Positions 30,125 through 32,000 of a stretch of DNA of 32,000 nt are shown here, piece by piece (the stretch's first letter is position 1; every line of letters starts with the position of its first letter). Source of the stretch: Candidatus Nitrospira inopinata (GTDB taxonomy: Bacteria; Nitrospirota; Nitrospiria; Nitrospirales; Nitrospiraceae); assembly GCF_001458695.1 (NCBI RefSeq), contig NZ_LN885086.1, forward strand, positions 390,001 to 422,000, read 5' to 3'. The translations under genes and the position numbers were made by a program. The notes beneath the pieces were generated by a model, which saw nothing but the letters and a program-made list of their open reading frames with translations, had not been told where the DNA came from and searched no databases.

Positions 30125-32000
30125 ATGACACCACGTGGACTTATGATTGGCCTTGTGGCCAGTGTTCTGGTACTGAGCAGCGTCGTGTTCTCTCAAGTTG
30201 TGATTCAAGTTCCCCACCCGGATGATCCGCCGCCCCCTCCATCGCTCAAAACCATCCCGATCCCGGAACCGGCGAATCTGGGGGAGTTCGTGCGCGATCG
30301 GGAAGCGGCGATTCGGCTGGGCAAGGCGCTGTTCTGGGACATGCAGGTCGGCAGTGATGGCGTGACCGCCTGTGGGAGTTGCCACTTTACATCCGGCATG
30401 TCAGATAACAGAAGCCGGAACTCCCTGTCTCCTGGTCTCAAACGCATCACGCGGACTGGCCAGCCCAATCCGGATACCACGTTTTATAACAACCTGGGAC
30501 CAGTCGGTGAAGTGACGTCCACGGACTATCCCTTTTTCCCCCGCAGCAATGACGTCCTGTCGTCTCAGGGTGTTCGTCGCTCCGTGTTCGTCGGTGTGGG
30601 GCTGGGACCGGCCGACATCACCAGAGCGGAGCCAGACCCGAACGGCTTCCGAGTCGGGTCGGTCAACACACGCTGTGTTGAGCCCCGCAATACTCCAACC
30701 GTCATCAATGCCGTGTTCAATCACCGACAATTTTGGGATGGTCGGGCGGATAACGTATTCAATGGGGTCAATAGCCTGGGAGATCGAGATCCGAACGCCC
30801 GTGTCTATCGGGCCGATGACCCAAACAGACCGATCCCCGTTCAAGTCCGACTCGAAGACTCAAGCCTCGCTTCGCAAGCCGTAAGTCCGCCGGTCGATCC
30901 CTGTGAAATGTCCGCCGTGGGCCGGACCATGCGGGACATCGGAAAAAAGTTTGCTCGCTGGGCTCCGCCAGGCCAGCCGGTCTTTAATCTCCGGCCGCTG
31001 GCCCTCCAACAGGTCCATCCGCAAGACAGTGTGCTCGGTCCCTTGAGCCGCTGGCCGCAGAAAGGGCTTGCCGTGCCCGATTACGCCACCTTGATCCGCC
31101 AAGCCTTTCACCGGCAGTGGTGGGACTCACCGAAAATTTTGCGTGTCGCGCCCGATGGGACTACCACAGTCGTCGATCCGCCGGCCAGCGGAGGTCTCCA
31201 TGCCAATGAGTTTTCGCTGATGCAATACAATTTTGCTCTCTTCTTCGGACTGGCCATCCAACTTTACGAAGCCACCCTCGTAGCGGACGACACGCCGTTT
31301 GACCGATTCATGGAGGGCGACTCCACGGCGTTAAGCCCCCAAGCCCAGTTTGGGCTTAACCTCTTCAAGAGCCAATTGCGGGGACAGTGCATCACCTGCC
31401 ATGAAGGGGCGGAATTGACCGGCGCGTCGGTGCGCCAAGTGAGGGCCAGCCCCATTCGGATTCGCGAAGGCCAAGCCATGGACCGTGGGTTCAATGCAAT
31501 TGGCGTCCTCCCCACACTCCAAGATTTAGGGTTGGGCGCGCGGGATGAATTGGGCAACTGGTTATCCATGGCCAAACGGCTGATCCCACCTCCGCCAGAA
31601 CCGATCGTCGTTGACGGGGCGTTCAAAGTCCCGGGGCTGCGCAACGTCGAGCTGACCGCTCCCTATTTCCACAACGGTGGACACCGGACCCTTCGCGATG
31701 TCGTCGATTTCTATAGTCGAGGTGGCGACTCCCACACCGGCATGGTCACGCTCGATGGAACGGAAATCGTCACCCTCGAAGTCTTCACGTTCACCGAGGA
31801 TGAAATGCAAGCCCTGGAAGCCTTTCTCCGCTCCCTCACCGATGAACGGGTCCGGTACAAACGGGCGCCGTTTGACCATCCGCAAATCTTCATTCCCAAC
31901 GGGGTCGGCCAACCGGTCGGCTTCATGCCCGGCGATCGGTTCGTGGAGATTCCGGCAGTCGGTCGCTATGGTGGAGCGCCGACCCGTCCATTTCTCGAAC
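30125..32000 (+). CDS. Di-haem cytochrome c peroxidase (CCP/MauG) family protein, tandem paralog. Partial; the 3' end lies beyond the window.
   Basis: Absent from the ORF track because it is open at the window end. My translation starts at ATG 30125, preceded by ggaggg, and gives MTPRGLMIGLVASVLVLSSVVFS...LGKALFWDMQVGSDGVTACGSCHF. CxxCH lies at 30371-30385, and a second CITCH at 31388-31402. It also has FKVPGLRNVELTAPYFHNGG. There is no stop up to 32000. It is collinear with the 27902 product. Confidence 0.85.
   Translation, partial: MTPRGLMIGLVASVLVLSSVVFSQVVIQVPHPDDPPPPPSLKTIPIPEPANLGEFVRDREAAIRLGKALFWDMQVGSDGVTACGSCHFTSGMSDNRSRNSLSPGLKRITRTGQPNPDTTFYNNLGPVGEVTSTDYPFFPRSNDVLSSQGVRRSVFVGVGLGPADITRAEPDPNGFRVGSVNTRCVEPRNTPTVINAVFNHRQFWDGRADNVFNGVNSLGDRDPNARVYRADDPNRPIPVQVRLEDSSLASQAVSPPVDPCEMSAVGRTMRDIGKKFARWAPPGQPVFNLRPLALQQVHPQDSVLGPLSRWPQKGLAVPDYATLIRQAFHRQWWDSPKILRVAPDGTTTVVDPPASGGLHANEFSLMQYNFALFFGLAIQLYEATLVADDTPFDRFMEGDSTALSPQAQFGLNLFKSQLRGQCITCHEGAELTGASVRQVRASPIRIREGQAMDRGFNAIGVLPTLQDLGLGARDELGNWLSMAKRLIPPPPEPIVVDGAFKVPGLRNVELTAPYFHNGGHRTLRDVVDFYSRGGDSHTGMVTLDGTEIVTLEVFTFTEDEMQALEAFLRSLTDERVRYKRAPFDHPQIFIPNGVGQPVGFMPGDRFVEIPAVGRYGGAPTRPFLE

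Noticed and set aside
1-32000. Search by eye for tRNA/rRNA genes, CRISPR repeat arrays, IS elements, integrases and inverted terminal repeats
   Set aside because: None were found. There are no regularly spaced 25-40 nt repeats, no tRNA-like T-arm/acceptor patterns, and no ORF with transposase or recombinase motifs. The rearrangements noted have no associated mobility gene in the window.

Overview
This 32 kb window is a bacterial exopolysaccharide (EPS) and PEP-CTERM/exosortase island. It looks Gram-negative and is mostly GC-rich, but no taxon can be assigned without a database search. All product calls come from motifs I recognise in the translations, not from searches.

Layout:
(a) 1-2110, minus strand: the 5' part of a bi-domain (Zn-ADH + Gfo/Idh/MocA) oxidoreductase gene that is open at the window edge and missing from the ORF track. 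It is followed by a hicB-hicA toxin-antitoxin pair and a truncated, diverged second copy of the oxidoreductase 5' end.
(b) 2415-19183, minus strand: a tightly packed 13-gene EPS operon. It encodes two secreted beta-helix proteins, an asparagine-synthase-type amidotransferase, two GT4 enzymes, a GT2, a CgeB-like glycosyltransferase, an exosortase fused to an EpsI domain, an FkbM methyltransferase, a Wzx-like flippase, a Wzy-like polymerase, a DUF218 protein and a Gfo/Idh/MocA oxidoreductase. GC is visibly lower in the promoter-distal half.
(c) 19184-20052: an 870-bp coding-free divergent control region.
(d) 20053-27848, mostly plus strand: a pseudo-receiver/zinc-ribbon protein, a cassette of two small ORFs bracketed by diverged direct repeats, four PEP-CTERM (exosortase-substrate) genes, and one oppositely oriented lipoprotein.
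(e) 27902-32000: two tandem paralogous di-haem cytochrome c peroxidase-family genes. The second is open at the window end and also missing from the ORF track.

Most interesting observations:
- A roughly 30-nt sigma-54-like box recurs upstream of three PEP-CTERM genes and of the pseudo-receiver gene.
- Two small two-gene cassettes (hicBA and an uncharacterised 77/76-aa pair) are each flanked by diverged duplications of local sequence.
- A PEP-CTERM gene appears to be co-transcribed with the tandem di-haem peroxidase paralogs.

I saw no rRNA, tRNA, CRISPR array, transposase or integrase.
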